From Nitrospirota bacterium (GTDB lineage Bacteria; Nitrospirota; UBA9217), in NCBI GenBank assembly GCA_963741205.1, contig CAVUHW010000010.1:64001-128000 (forward strand): a stretch of DNA of 64,000 nucleotides. Direction: 5' to 3'. How positions within the stretch are numbered: the first letter of the stretch is position 1; every line of letters begins with the position of its first letter. The notes below the pieces were generated by a model. It worked only from the letters and a program-made list of their open reading frames with translations. It had not been told where the DNA came from and did no database searches. Shown piece after piece: positions 20,579-31,140 of this stretch. A program made the translations under genes and the position numbers.

Positions 20579-20654
20579 TAACATTCAGTGCACTGATCAT
20601 CCTGAAACGAACGTTCCTAGCCTCTCGTAAAAACGTGAACTTCCTGTCGTAACT
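20579..20654 (+). repeat. Island repeat unit; 3' exon of intron A
   Basis: TAAC-A-TTCAG-N13-CTGAA...AACGTGAACTTCCTGTCGTAAC. Confidence 0.7.
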
Positions 20655-21520
20655 GGTACCCTTCATCCTCATCATCTCACAAGAAGGATCTCTTCCTCCC
20701 GATGATATTCTGCATTTCAAGATCCTCAACTTCAGCGTACCCCTAAATGTTGTCAGGAAAAAAGAAGCTAATAATCAGGGATTCCATGATTGACCAAATA
20801 CAATATTTCCGTCATATTTAATAAAAACACAATAACAGCCAATACAGTATCACAGTAGAACTTATGATGTCTTACATGAAAGTTGCGGAACGGTGCAATC
20901 GCACCCTGGCGTTCATGCTGTTAATCGCGACCCGCACGCTCAGTTTGACCATGTCGCCTGCGTTAGTCGACAGCGACAAGCGCATCGTGAGAGTCATGAC
21001 CCAGAACATGGATGCGGGAACAGATCTGCTGTTCTTTTTTGCCTCTCCTTAGAACCTCAGTTGCGCAAAGGAGTGTACGTAAAATTAAGTCGAAACAAAA
21101 AAAATCTGCATTCCATCAGCTTCCCGTCAGGCCTCAGTAGTATAAGCATGTCATACGCACCAAGCGATGGAAAACACGAATTGTATTGGTGATTGCATAC
21201 CGAGGAAAGAAGGGAGGTGGCGAAGAGATCGATAAGAACAGAGGCAACACGCAAGAGGCAGCAAGGATTTTCGGGAGAATGGTCTTTCGGTCATCGATTG
21301 AAGAAAAATGTGGAATTGATATGGATGTTACATTTTTATTGAAGGAGGGCATGTAACATGAAAGCAACATTCGGCAAGAGATGGGCATTTGTGGTTTTTT
21401 GATGGTTTTTGCGTTACTGGCACCATGCTGGACGTCGGCGGAAACGAAATGCCAGGGGCAAACCAGCATTGGGAAATTCGATCGGCATCAGATCAGCGGT
21501 TTGCAGCAGGGGTATGGATT

Positions 21521-22394
21521 ATGAAGAAAACAGCGCTTCTTCTTATTTTGATTATCCTCGATGTTCATGCCTCTTTTTACGTAAATCGTCAAACGCACGA
21601 GGTCGTATGCAGCGGACAATGAACTCAAATCAACGGCCGTGGAAATTCTCGCGGCGCAGACCGGCCAAACCGCTGATGAAAAACTCCGAGCCGATAAAAA
21701 TACATCCAATACGTTCGAGAAAGTTAAACCTCAGGACGGCAGCGCCGACGCATCTCGATCTTCCGCGTCCCCCAAGCACTTCATCGACGTCTTCTATGGA
21801 ACGGCGAAGACTTTGGACGGCGAAGTTTCAGTTACCTCATCGAGCAGCGGGGCATTTTGTTTGTTTCCCCCCTGTCCTGCCGGCTCACACACAGTCAAGC
21901 GAATCGTTCATTTCCAGCCTTCCGCGGTATACGGGATTCGCGTCGGAAAATGGTTCGAGAATTACCCTTATTTCGGATTCGCAGGAGATTTATCCTATTT
22001 GGAGGCAAACGCTCCGGGTGTGAGAATCTGGTACGCGCCGCTGTCTATTATTCTGATGGGACGATACCCATTATGCAAAACCGAAAGCGTCCCGGAGGGC
22101 CGTCTCAGGCTCTATGGCGGGGCAATGCTTTCCACGGTTATCGGCGATATGGAAGTTGATTTTACACCAGATGCCTCTTCAAAGATAAGCGGCGCCGCAG
22201 GCCGGTTTATCGGCGGCGTCGGAGGTCTGCTCGGCGTCGCATGGCACTTTCCCTCTTTCGCCTTATTCAGCGAGTACCGCTTTATGAAGATCGGCCTGGA
22301 TTTTGAGGAAAAGGGATTATTTGGGGGTTCCACATCCGCAAGCGCTGATTTGGAGTCGCGTCAGCTTGTATTCGGAGCATCTTACAAATATTGA
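21521..22394 (+). CDS. Outer-membrane beta-barrel-like protein (5' region disrupted)
   Basis: Signal-like MKKTALLL in another frame; alternating beta-strands; C-terminal FGASYKY. Confidence 0.55.
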
Positions 22395-22404
22395 ATCCGG
22401 TGAC

Positions 22405-22833
22405 ATGATGAAGATAATAACACTCGGCTTAGTAGCTCTGTTTCTTCTTTTCGCAGTTGTGGCGGCGGGATGCGGTGTTACCGCTTACGTCTCGGCCACG
22501 GATGTGACTCAGCCCGTAATGCTTGGAAACAAAATACGAGTTCATGGAGCGGCCAATGAACAGTGGCAACTCAGGGTCCCCTTTGATCTCAGTTTCAGTG
22601 ATGATAAATCCTCCGAGATTGGAGGCCCTCCGTCAGCCGGAAGCAGGGCCAACGTCGAATTACTGAAATTGGTCGAGACACCCAAAGATAAAATAGTAAT
22701 AAATGAAATACATACAGGCTCTTACAACATCTTTGTTATAGTTCCCTATGCCGCAGGATATTATGAAAAAAGCTGGGCTGACATCAAGGGTGGAATTTAT
22801 CAGAATAGGGCAGGGAAAGATGAAACCAAATAA
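22405..22833 (+). CDS. Hypothetical lipoprotein
   Basis: Signal peptide with lipobox AAGC. Confidence 0.65.
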   Translation: MMKIITLGLVALFLLFAVVAAGCGVTAYVSATDVTQPVMLGNKIRVHGAANEQWQLRVPFDLSFSDDKSSEIGGPPSAGSRANVELLKLVETPKDKIVINEIHTGSYNIFVIVPYAAGYYEKSWADIKGGIYQNRAGKDETK

Positions 22834-23782
22834 CATGCATGCCACAGCAGCGTTATGCTGCGGAATTATTATCATACTCTCCATGACTGGGTGTTATGGG
22901 GGAGCGCGAGGCATCGTGCGGTTTAATGAGCTTGATTATCCCGCTTCCATGAGTCCCTATCTATATGGTCCGAATAACGAAATATTGGTAAAGGACCGCG
23001 ATCTTTCAGTCATAAAACCGTTTCGCCTTGAGGTTATCTATACCGCAATCTTCTATTCCCTCGTGTCGCTGGCACCTGACAAAGATGTCGGTGAGCAGAT
23101 CAACGCATCGGTTGATAGCTGCGGCGGCGATGGCGTCGTCAATGTGAAAATCAGATCGAAGCCCGGGCTTACTAACTACATGCATCCTTTGACATTGCTG
23201 CCTTTCTGGCCGAGCTATACAACAGTGGTTGTGGAAGGCTATATTGTAAAGTATGAACCGTCAGTTGCGAAGAATGCTTCGAAAATGACAGCTTTCGTAA
23301 CTTCCGGCGATGTCCTGATCATAGAGCCGGCGAATGAAGACGCGACGGTTCCCTTACATGCGCGATGTCAGGTTATCAATAGGGTTGATACCTTATTTGC
23401 CGCAGATTATTTCGATCACTGGGTGTCTAACAATGGGTCATGGAGGACAGTGTACTCAGCAGACAGTAATGACTCTGAAAAAAAAATAACCATGCAGGAT
23501 CATTTAAAAATGCTGGCCCGGAGAACAGGTGCTGACGTTATTCAAATCCTGTATGTTACCTCCGATGGAAATGAAGTGAGGGCAAAATATAAAAAAGCAA
23601 AACCAGATTCAGCAGGAACACAGGATTTCACGAAATACATTCATAGCGCCCTCGGCACAAAACAATCCGACAGTCTCTCCGTGAGCAATGGCGTGACAAA
23701 GACAGAACCAGAATCTGTTCACGGCGATGTTGTCGGCGTTGCTTTGGATGTTCGGTACTGGTCTTGTCCGGCAAATCAATAG
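22820..23782 (+). CDS. Hypothetical lipoprotein
   Basis: Signal peptide with lipobox MTGC; overlaps the upstream gene. Confidence 0.65.
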   Translation: MKPNNMHATAALCCGIIIILSMTGCYGGARGIVRFNELDYPASMSPYLYGPNNEILVKDRDLSVIKPFRLEVIYTAIFYSLVSLAPDKDVGEQINASVDSCGGDGVVNVKIRSKPGLTNYMHPLTLLPFWPSYTTVVVEGYIVKYEPSVAKNASKMTAFVTSGDVLIIEPANEDATVPLHARCQVINRVDTLFAADYFDHWVSNNGSWRTVYSADSNDSEKKITMQDHLKMLARRTGADVIQILYVTSDGNEVRAKYKKAKPDSAGTQDFTKYIHSALGTKQSDSLSVSNGVTKTEPESVHGDVVGVALDVRYWSCPANQ

Positions 23783-23976
23783 CAATAATTATGTTCACAT
23801 TCTTTGGAAAACAACCATTTTAATAGAATCCGTCTGCGCCATAGCGAAAGGAGACAGCGTTGTGCGTGTCAGCAGTTTATGATAAAAAAAATTAATAAAA
23901 ATGGGCGACACCTTTCCCACGAAGTTGAAGGCCTCAACAACTTCCTCCTACATTCAGTTATGGTATAAAGAGATTA

Positions 23977-24122
23977 AGACAGGCAGGAGAACTTACTACT
24001 TCCTGGGTCCTTGAACCCTTGCTACAGTCTGTTCCCTGCCTCCCTTAACCATGATAAGTTGATTGGGCCAACGAGCCCTGGTAAAGATGGAGGATTGGTC
24101 GGGAGGCAGTTCCTGCCTATCT
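23977..24122 (+). ncRNA. Putative IS110 bridge RNA
   Basis: Closing stem AGACAGGCAGGA/TCCTGCCTATCT; two large internal loops each capped by a hairpin; stem CTGCCTCCC/GGGAGGCAG; TGnTATAAA upstream. Confidence 0.7.
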
Positions 24123-24148
24123 AAATTTTAGCACGGAGGAGGGGATTT

Positions 24149-25205
24149 ATGGAAAGCCTAATCGTTGGCGTCGATGTTTCCAAGGAGTCCTTTTCTACGG
24201 CCGGCCTTGACGGCAAAGGGACGCGTTGTTTCTCTGAAGAATACACCATGGACAGTGATGGGTTTTCGAAGTTCCTGGCCATGATAATAGCACAACGGCC
24301 GGATGTCTCCCATGTCACTGTCGGCATGGAGTCAACTGGCATCTACCACCTCAATCTCTTTTCTTATCTCACAGCACAAGGCATCCATGCCGTGGTCATT
24401 AATCCGCTGTTGATCGCGAACTTTGCCAAACTGTCACTCCGGAAGACCAAGACCGACAAAAAAGATGCCATGACGATCGCCCAGTTCCTGCTGGCACACT
24501 TGGACAAGATCTCACAGATGTCAATCAGCCAGGACATGCAGGATATGCGCGATCTCGCCCGGGAGCGAGAGTCCTTGAGCCATTTGATTTCCGCGACTAA
24601 GACCGAGATCAAGGGGGTGTTGCAAACGACCTTTCCTGAGCTTGAGCGCCTTTGCAATGTCTTTACGGGCATCATGCTTGCCTTTTTGAAGGAGTTTCCC
24701 TCCGCTCGCTTGATCAATATGGCTAAGCCGCAGGCAATAGCAAACGCCATGGAACCACGCAGTGCAGGGAGCAGGATATCTACCTTTACTGCTGACGATG
24801 TAATCAAGCTGGCCAAAAATTCGGTTGGGATGGTTAGCCCGGCCAAAGAAACCATCCTGCGGGGCAAAATATCGACGCTGCTCCATCTGGAAGATCGTCG
24901 GGACGAATTGACGGCCATGCTCACGGATTACTGCAACTCCCTGATGGTGGAAGACCTGGCAATAGTAACATCCGTGAAAGGCATCAGCAGCGGGACCGGG
25001 ACCACTTTCCTGTCCGAGATAGGGAGCATCGAGAACTACGGCACGCACAAGAACCTGATTGCATACACAGGGGTTGATCCAACGGTGTATCAATCAGGCA
25101 AGTATCAGGGGGCAAGTAAGATCTCGAAGAGAGGAAATAAGCATCTTAGGCGAGTGCTATGGCTTATGACGGCGAGTGTGATCATGCATAACAAAAACTT
25201 CCGAG
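24149..25205 (+). CDS. IS110 transposase/recombinase (C-terminus truncated)
   Basis: VGVDVSK, MESTG, KTDKKDA and YQSG..ISKRGN motifs. Confidence 0.92.
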
Positions 25206-25265
25206 TAAGCCTCCCCCGATTTGATGGACACTCCGAGTAGTTGTATAATCTGAGAGGAGGCGTCT

Positions 25266-25565
25266 ATGGGGAAGAGCGAACGTCGTCAATTCACCCAAGA
25301 GTTCAAAAGAAATGCTGTTAATCTCGTAATGGAGAAAGGTGTTCCCGTGAGGAAGGTTGCGCGTGACCTTGATATTCATCCTAATCTGGTGCATCAATGG
25401 AGGCGGATGTATATGGCAGAAGGGAACGGCGCATTTGTGGGGACAGGGAATTTAAAGCCTGAGGACGCAGAGTTGAAGCGCCTCCAGAAGGAACTGGAGG
25501 AAGTCAAAGAAGAGCGAGATATTTTAAAAAAAGCCTTGGGCGTCTTTTCCAAACGAAGCTGGTAA
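25266..25565 (+). CDS. IS3 OrfA (HTH)
   Basis: FTQEFKRNAV..VARDLDI..ERDILKKA; A7G slippery site at ~25525. Confidence 0.9.
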   Translation: MGKSERRQFTQEFKRNAVNLVMEKGVPVRKVARDLDIHPNLVHQWRRMYMAEGNGAFVGTGNLKPEDAELKRLQKELEEVKEERDILKKALGVFSKRSW

Positions 25566-25613
25566 AGTATCCTGTTCATTGAAAAGTACCGGGAAGAGTA
25601 TCGGCTTACGAAG

Positions 25614-26417
25614 ATGTGCAAGGTATTGGGAGTCTCACGAAGTGGTTATTATGCGTGGAGGAGACGAAAACCTGGCAAGCGCTGGAACGAGAACGAGCTG
25701 CTTCTGGACCGTATTCAAGAGATCTACCAGAAGAACAGACGGGTTTACGGCAGCCCGCGGATAACTGAAGAGCTCCGTGAGCAAGGCAGCAGATGCGGAA
25801 AGAACCGGATCGCCAGGATCATGAAAGATAACGGAATTCGGGCAGAGGTGAAGAGGAGGTTCAGGAAGACCACAGATTCAAGGCATAACTACGCATTGGC
25901 CGCCAATTTACTGATTCAAGACGGCTATAAAGGCCCGCTATGGGCATCTGATATTACGTTTGTCCCGACCAGTGAGGGATGGCTCTATGTATCAGCGGTC
26001 ATGAGCGTGCAGTCCAGAAAGATCATCGGGTTGTCCATGAAGGACCAGCTGACGGAGGAGCTGGCAGCTACAGCACTGAAGCAGGCCGTGACCAGGGAGA
26101 AGCCGCCAGAGGGCTTGATCCATCATTCTGATCGCGGCAGGCAATATGCGAGTTATGGATATCAGGCGATCCTGAGACGATACGGCATAACGCCCAGCAT
26201 GAGCAGAAAAGGCAATTGCTATGATAACGCCTATATGGAGTCGTTCTTCAGCACGCTAAAACGAGAGCTGGTCCACGGTGAACGGTATCGAACGCGGGAA
26301 GAAGCGAGATTAAGTATCTTTGAGTATGTGGAAGTGTTTTATAATCGCATCAGGAAACACTCGGGATTGGGATATAAGAGCCCAGAGCAGTACGAAAAGA
26401 GCCTAAAAGAAACTTAA
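25614..26417 (+). CDS. IS3 OrfB (DDE integrase core)
   Basis: WASDIT, HHSDRGRQY and DNAYMESFF. Confidence 0.92.
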   Translation: MCKVLGVSRSGYYAWRRRKPGKRWNENELLLDRIQEIYQKNRRVYGSPRITEELREQGSRCGKNRIARIMKDNGIRAEVKRRFRKTTDSRHNYALAANLLIQDGYKGPLWASDITFVPTSEGWLYVSAVMSVQSRKIIGLSMKDQLTEELAATALKQAVTREKPPEGLIHHSDRGRQYASYGYQAILRRYGITPSMSRKGNCYDNAYMESFFSTLKRELVHGERYRTREEARLSIFEYVEVFYNRIRKHSGLGYKSPEQYEKSLKET

Positions 26418-26605
26418 CTCGGTGTCCACTTTTTCGGGGGAAGATCAAGGTGAAACTCACAGTCCCGATGAGTCAATATACTCTTCCCACTTCCGATTTG
26501 TCATCTTTGGGGAGCCATGCCAGACTCGGACATATTGCGTAGTACGACCGATATTTCGCGCTTTACCAATCGTGTTTAGGGCGCCGAAGAACAACACATT
26601 CCATT

Positions 26606-26690
26606 TGTAACTTTCGTCGAGTCCTACATCCTGTAATAGTCGGGATTCCAAGAATTCCTCGCAACAATCAATAGTACATGTCGAACTTCT
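26606..26690 (+). repeat. Island repeat unit
   Basis: TGTAAC-TTTCG..CATCCTGTA..ATTCC..AACAATCAATAGT-ACATGTCGAAC; shares AACAATCAATAGT with the 47886 copy. Confidence 0.55.
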
Positions 26691-27280
26691 CATTATTGCG
26701 CGTCGTTCCAGTTGTTACCTTCGTGTACCTCCATCCTGTCCGCCGCAAATGTGATACGATAACACAAAGGGCATGATACAAGTCGTTCAGCAGCTTGGTA
26801 GAATAGATTCATGAGAGGACCCGTCACGGCATGATTGCGGAGACGCACCCTGTTAAACCGGGAGGTAAACAGCCATGTCGGCCATGCCCCTATTGCCTCT
26901 CGAGTGTGCCACTCAAGGCAACCCGTTGTTCCCAATGCACATCGGAATTAAAGGCGGTGTGAAAAAGTATGTGCAGCAGTTTCGCAGAAACTAATGAATG
27001 TGATCGCAACAGTGAGAAGAACAAGACATGAAAAGACTGGCGAATTTTATTTAGAGTTCAAGGGATTCATACTATTCGTCGAAACTCGCATGATTGTACA
27101 TGCTCACGACAGGATCAGGATTTGCTTGATGTGAAGAATATCGCTTGAATCATGCGGTGCTAGGTCCTTCCTGTACTTCGCGTGAGTTTACTTTCTGGAA
27201 ATTACAGGCTTTTCTAAGAATTGTTGCAGAGGTTAGGATCATATGCCGGGACAAATAAGACCGGCCGAGGACAGCATTTG

Positions 27281-30269
27281 ATGAAGCTATCTTTCTCACC
27301 GGCGATCATAAAAAAGGTCTTCAAGATACTCGCTCTCTTTCTGGCGGTCATCGCGGTTACGGGATTTCTCATTCTTCCCGCTGTGCTCAGACCCGTTCTT
27401 GAGAAGAAAATATCCGAGGCAATCCATCGCCCGGTCGCTATCCGTGCGGTATACATCAATCCTTTCACGCTGGCCTTCGCGCTACGGGGGGTAACGATCA
27501 GCCAGCGGGACTCCTCCGAGGTCATGCTGTCCTTCGACGAGTTCTACGTGAACGTGCAGTCTTTGTCCGTGGTCAAAGGCGGGCTTATCGTCAGCAGCAT
27601 ACGCCTGGTCAAACCGTACGTGAACGTTACGAGAAACAGGGACCTCTCCTACAATTTTAGCGACCTGCTGACGACCGGAACGACGCCGACCAAAGGGGAA
27701 AAACCGAAAGAGCCCCTCAAATTCTCGCTCAATAATATTGAAGTGGTAAACGGCAGCGCCGACTTTTTCGATGCCCCCAGGAACACCCGCCATACCGTGC
27801 GGGATGTGAATATTGCGGTGCCGTTCGTTTCAGATCTTCCCTATGACCTCTCATCCTATGTCCAGCCCGCCTTCGAGGCAACGGTCAACGGTACCGCTAT
27901 CGCGCTTAAGGGGAAGACACTGCCGTTCAACGAATCGCTCGAGACAACGCTCGACATCAACTGGAAGGGGCTGGATATCCCGCACTACCTGACGTACAGC
28001 CCGGTGCCGCTCAAAATCCAGCTCCTGTCAGGTACACTCGATGTGCAGGCGACGATCTCGTTCCGAAAGTTTAAGGACCGGCCGCCCACGGTCTCTGTCA
28101 AAGGGACCCTTGGTCTCAACAACATTCGGCTGGCAGCCACGGGGACGAAGCGGTTCCTGGAATTCCCGTCGTTCTCAATCTCCTTCCTCCCCTCCGATCT
28201 GATGAAGAAGGAAGTTCATCTATCCGAAGTGAGCCTGCGCGCGCCGAAACTGTATGTGGAGCGCGACCGCGGCGGCGAACTGGTCATCATGAAGGCGATC
28301 CTGGAGCAGCTGGGAGTGAGCCAGGACAAGCAGGAACCTGCTCCCGAGAAAGCGGGCCCCATGCCGATCATTGATATCGACGCGTTCTCGATCCAGGACG
28401 GCATGTTGCAGTTCCTTGACTGGCAGCCCGTTCCTGCTGCGGAGGACGGGGAAGGTGCCACTCAAAAGCCGGCTAAAGTGCTGATCGAAGCCATCGAACT
28501 AAAAGCCAGCTCTCTTTCGACGCGCAAAGACAGCAAGGGAAAACTGGAGCTGTCGGTTCATGTCAACAGGAAGGGCACGGTGCGGACATCGGGTTCGCTC
28601 GGACTGGTTCCTCTCGATCTAGAAACGGCGGTGAACATCAACGGGATCGAACTCGCGCCGTTCCAGCCCTATATGGCGCAAAAAGCGGATGCGTTTGTGG
28701 GCCGATGGCAGGCTTTCCACGGACGGTATCGCACGCGTCTGGGCCGGGGAGGCCGGAGTCCTTTCCGTGACATACCGCGGCAGCGCATCGATCAGCCGCC
28801 TTGCCCTGCGCGACAGCAGCAACAACGACCTTCTGACCTGGAAGCTGTTGCAGTTCTCCGGGGTCGAGATGGGGTCCAACCCGCTCTCCCTGAAGATAAA
28901 GACGGTCGCACTCAGCGACTTCGCTGCGGGCATCGTTGTCGAAGAGGACGGCACGCTGAACTTTCAAAGGATTGCGAAGGCAGAGCCGGCTGAGGGTGAA
29001 ACAGCGCAGGAAGAAACAAAACAGGGACCTTCTCCTTCAGCCGAGGTGAAGAAGGCTCCTGCACAACAGGGAACCCCTCCGGACATTGCCATCGGGCAGG
29101 TGACACTTACGAACGGAAGCGTCAACTTCACGGACAGGCACATAAAACCGATGTACACGGCAAACCTTGTTGAGATCGACGGCAAGGTGTCCGGCCTGTC
29201 CTCGAGAAAGGACATGATGGCGGACGTGAACCTGCGCTGTTCCCTGGACCGGTACGCGCCGCTTGCGATAACGGGAAAGATCCATCCCTTCGGGAACGAT
29301 CTGTCTGCCGACATAAGGGCGGATTGCAAGGACATCGAGCTAAGCCTGCTAACGCCTTATTCGGGGACGTACATCGGCCACGCCATCGAGAAGGGCAAGC
29401 TTTCCTTCAGCCTGGAATATCACATCGTGAATAAGAAGCTTGAGGCAAAGAATGACATCTTTATCGATCAGCTGACGCTGGGAGAAAAGATCGACAGTCC
29501 GAAGGCGACCAATTTGCCGGTCGGCCTTGCCATATCGCTGCTCAAGGACAGGAAGGGCGAGATCAGGCTCGACATCCCGGTGACCGGAGAGATCGACAAT
29601 CCCGAGTTCCGCGTCTGGAAGGTGGTCCTGCAGGTGCTGAAAAACCTGCTCGTGAAGGTCGCTACCTCGCCGTTCGCTCTACTCGCCAGCATGATGGGAG
29701 GGGAAGAGCTGGGATATGTGGAGTTCGACTATGGCGCGGTCGAGGTCACAGAACAGAACCTGAAAAAACTGGACAGTTTGGTTGATGCCCTCTATAACAG
29801 ACCGTCGTTGAAACTGGAGATAGCGGGATATGTTGATCCGACTAACGACCGCGAGGGGCTGAGAGCCGGGCGCAAGAAGAACATGATCCTTGCCGAGAAA
29901 ATGAAGGATCTGTCCCGAAGGAACGAGCAACCGGTCTCGCCGGAATCGGTCCAGATCAGCGCCGCTGAATACCCGATCTATCTGAAGCAGGCGTACAAAA
30001 GCGGAAAATTCTCCAAGCCGAGGAACATGCTCGGCATTGCTAAAGACATTCCCGATGCGGAGATGGAAAAACTGCTCCTGGGGAGCATTCAGATAAATGA
30101 CGACGATCTGCGGCAACTTGCTTTAGAGAGGGCGCGTACGATCAGGGACGTGATCCTGAAGTCTCAAAAGATCGAGCCTGAACGCATATTCCTTATTGAG
30201 CCAAAGTCATTTCTGCCGGAACAAAAGGATAAGCTCAAGAACAGCCGAGTAGACTTCTCGCTTAAATGA
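27281..30269 (+). CDS. DUF748 (AsmA-like) envelope protein, frameshift near 28690
   Basis: N-terminal TM anchor, repeated DUF748 beta segments, LAISLLKD..IRLDIPV.G, C-terminal OmpA-like region. Confidence 0.85.
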
Positions 30270-30346
30270 GGCTCCTCCTGTTCGTTGTACAAAGCAACGG
30301 CATCATCGAGTTCCTGACGGGCAGGGGTAAGAAAAAGAGTTTTCAT
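30270..30346 (-). pseudogene. ParE/RelE toxin N-terminal fragment
   Basis: MKTLFLTPARQELDDAVALYNEQ then runs into the DUF748 3' end. Confidence 0.6.
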
Positions 30347-30564
30347 GGGCGCCGGTACCTATTCATGACTTCCTGATAGGATACGGTAGGAATACGACCT
30401 GCCTTGTAGGCAGCCCAACGCTTACGAGCTTCTTCTACCCAAACACGGTCAATCTCCGGGTCTGGCTTGTCGAGGTCGGTGAGTATAACGTCCACCAGCT
30501 GCAGCTTTTCGATGTCCGACAAGGAATGGATCTCCGATGCAATTTTATCGACGGTTTTAGTCAT
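30343..30564 (-). CDS. Putative addiction-module antitoxin (TIGR02574-like)
   Basis: LSDIEKLQLVD.IL..LD..DPEIDRVW.EEARKRW..Y pattern; GGAGG RBS. Confidence 0.8.
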   Translation of the reverse strand: MTKTVDKIASEIHSLSDIEKLQLVDVILTDLDKPDPEIDRVWVEEARKRWAAYKAGRIPTVSYQEVMNRYRRP

Positions 30565-31140
30565 ACCAACCCTCCTTTGATTTTCTCTCAGCAGCATTTA
30601 TTATTTTAGCCTTTTCAAACATCCATCGCAACACCCTTTCCATGCTGTGTGGGGAGGCAGGGCTTATCAACCACTTAATCCGGATACCCTACAAAAAGAG
30701 AGCGCCTGGTTTATTTTTATGGCCCCGATCGGATCCTGATGGACCTCACACAGTATCCCGAAGAAGGATAATAGGACCAAACGATCATCATTACCGAGCG
30801 TAATACTTTGCGCAACGATCATGGCGAACCTGATGAATCATCCCCTCGGTTTTGGCCGTCCGCCGGGCTGTGCCCAAGGTGGAAAGAACCACAGCGAAAA
30901 TCCATGCAGTATGCTTCACAAGAAGAAAACATTGATGGCACAGCCTAAGCTGCGGAAAATTTCCTATTCTCAAAACTGTTAACATTACTTGAATTCATTG
31001 ATTTTGTGCTTTATTTTATCGTTTGAAAGTCTTATACTTTTCATAGCTTTCCGTATTCGTTATTTTCAAAATCAATCAACCCGCAGCCTTATTCTGGATG
31101 CCATCACAGATTTCGTCATCATCGAGTAAACGTTACGCAT

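Larger units (their letters stand above)
23945..25205 (+). mobile_element. IS110-family element, 3' end removed at the IS3 insertion
   Basis: Long structured left end plus DEDD transposase; left junction inferred from the guide match. Confidence 0.8.
25206..26447 (+). mobile_element. IS3-family insertion sequence
   Basis: 26-bp imperfect IRs TAAGCCTCCCCCGATTTGATGGACAC / GTGTCCACTTTTTCGGGGGAAGATCA; orfA and orfB. Confidence 0.92.

Noticed and set aside
30936-30950. Sigma54-like TGGCAC-N5-AAGC upstream of the kinase
   Set aside because: The -12 element is poor (AAGC instead of TTGC) and there is no other support
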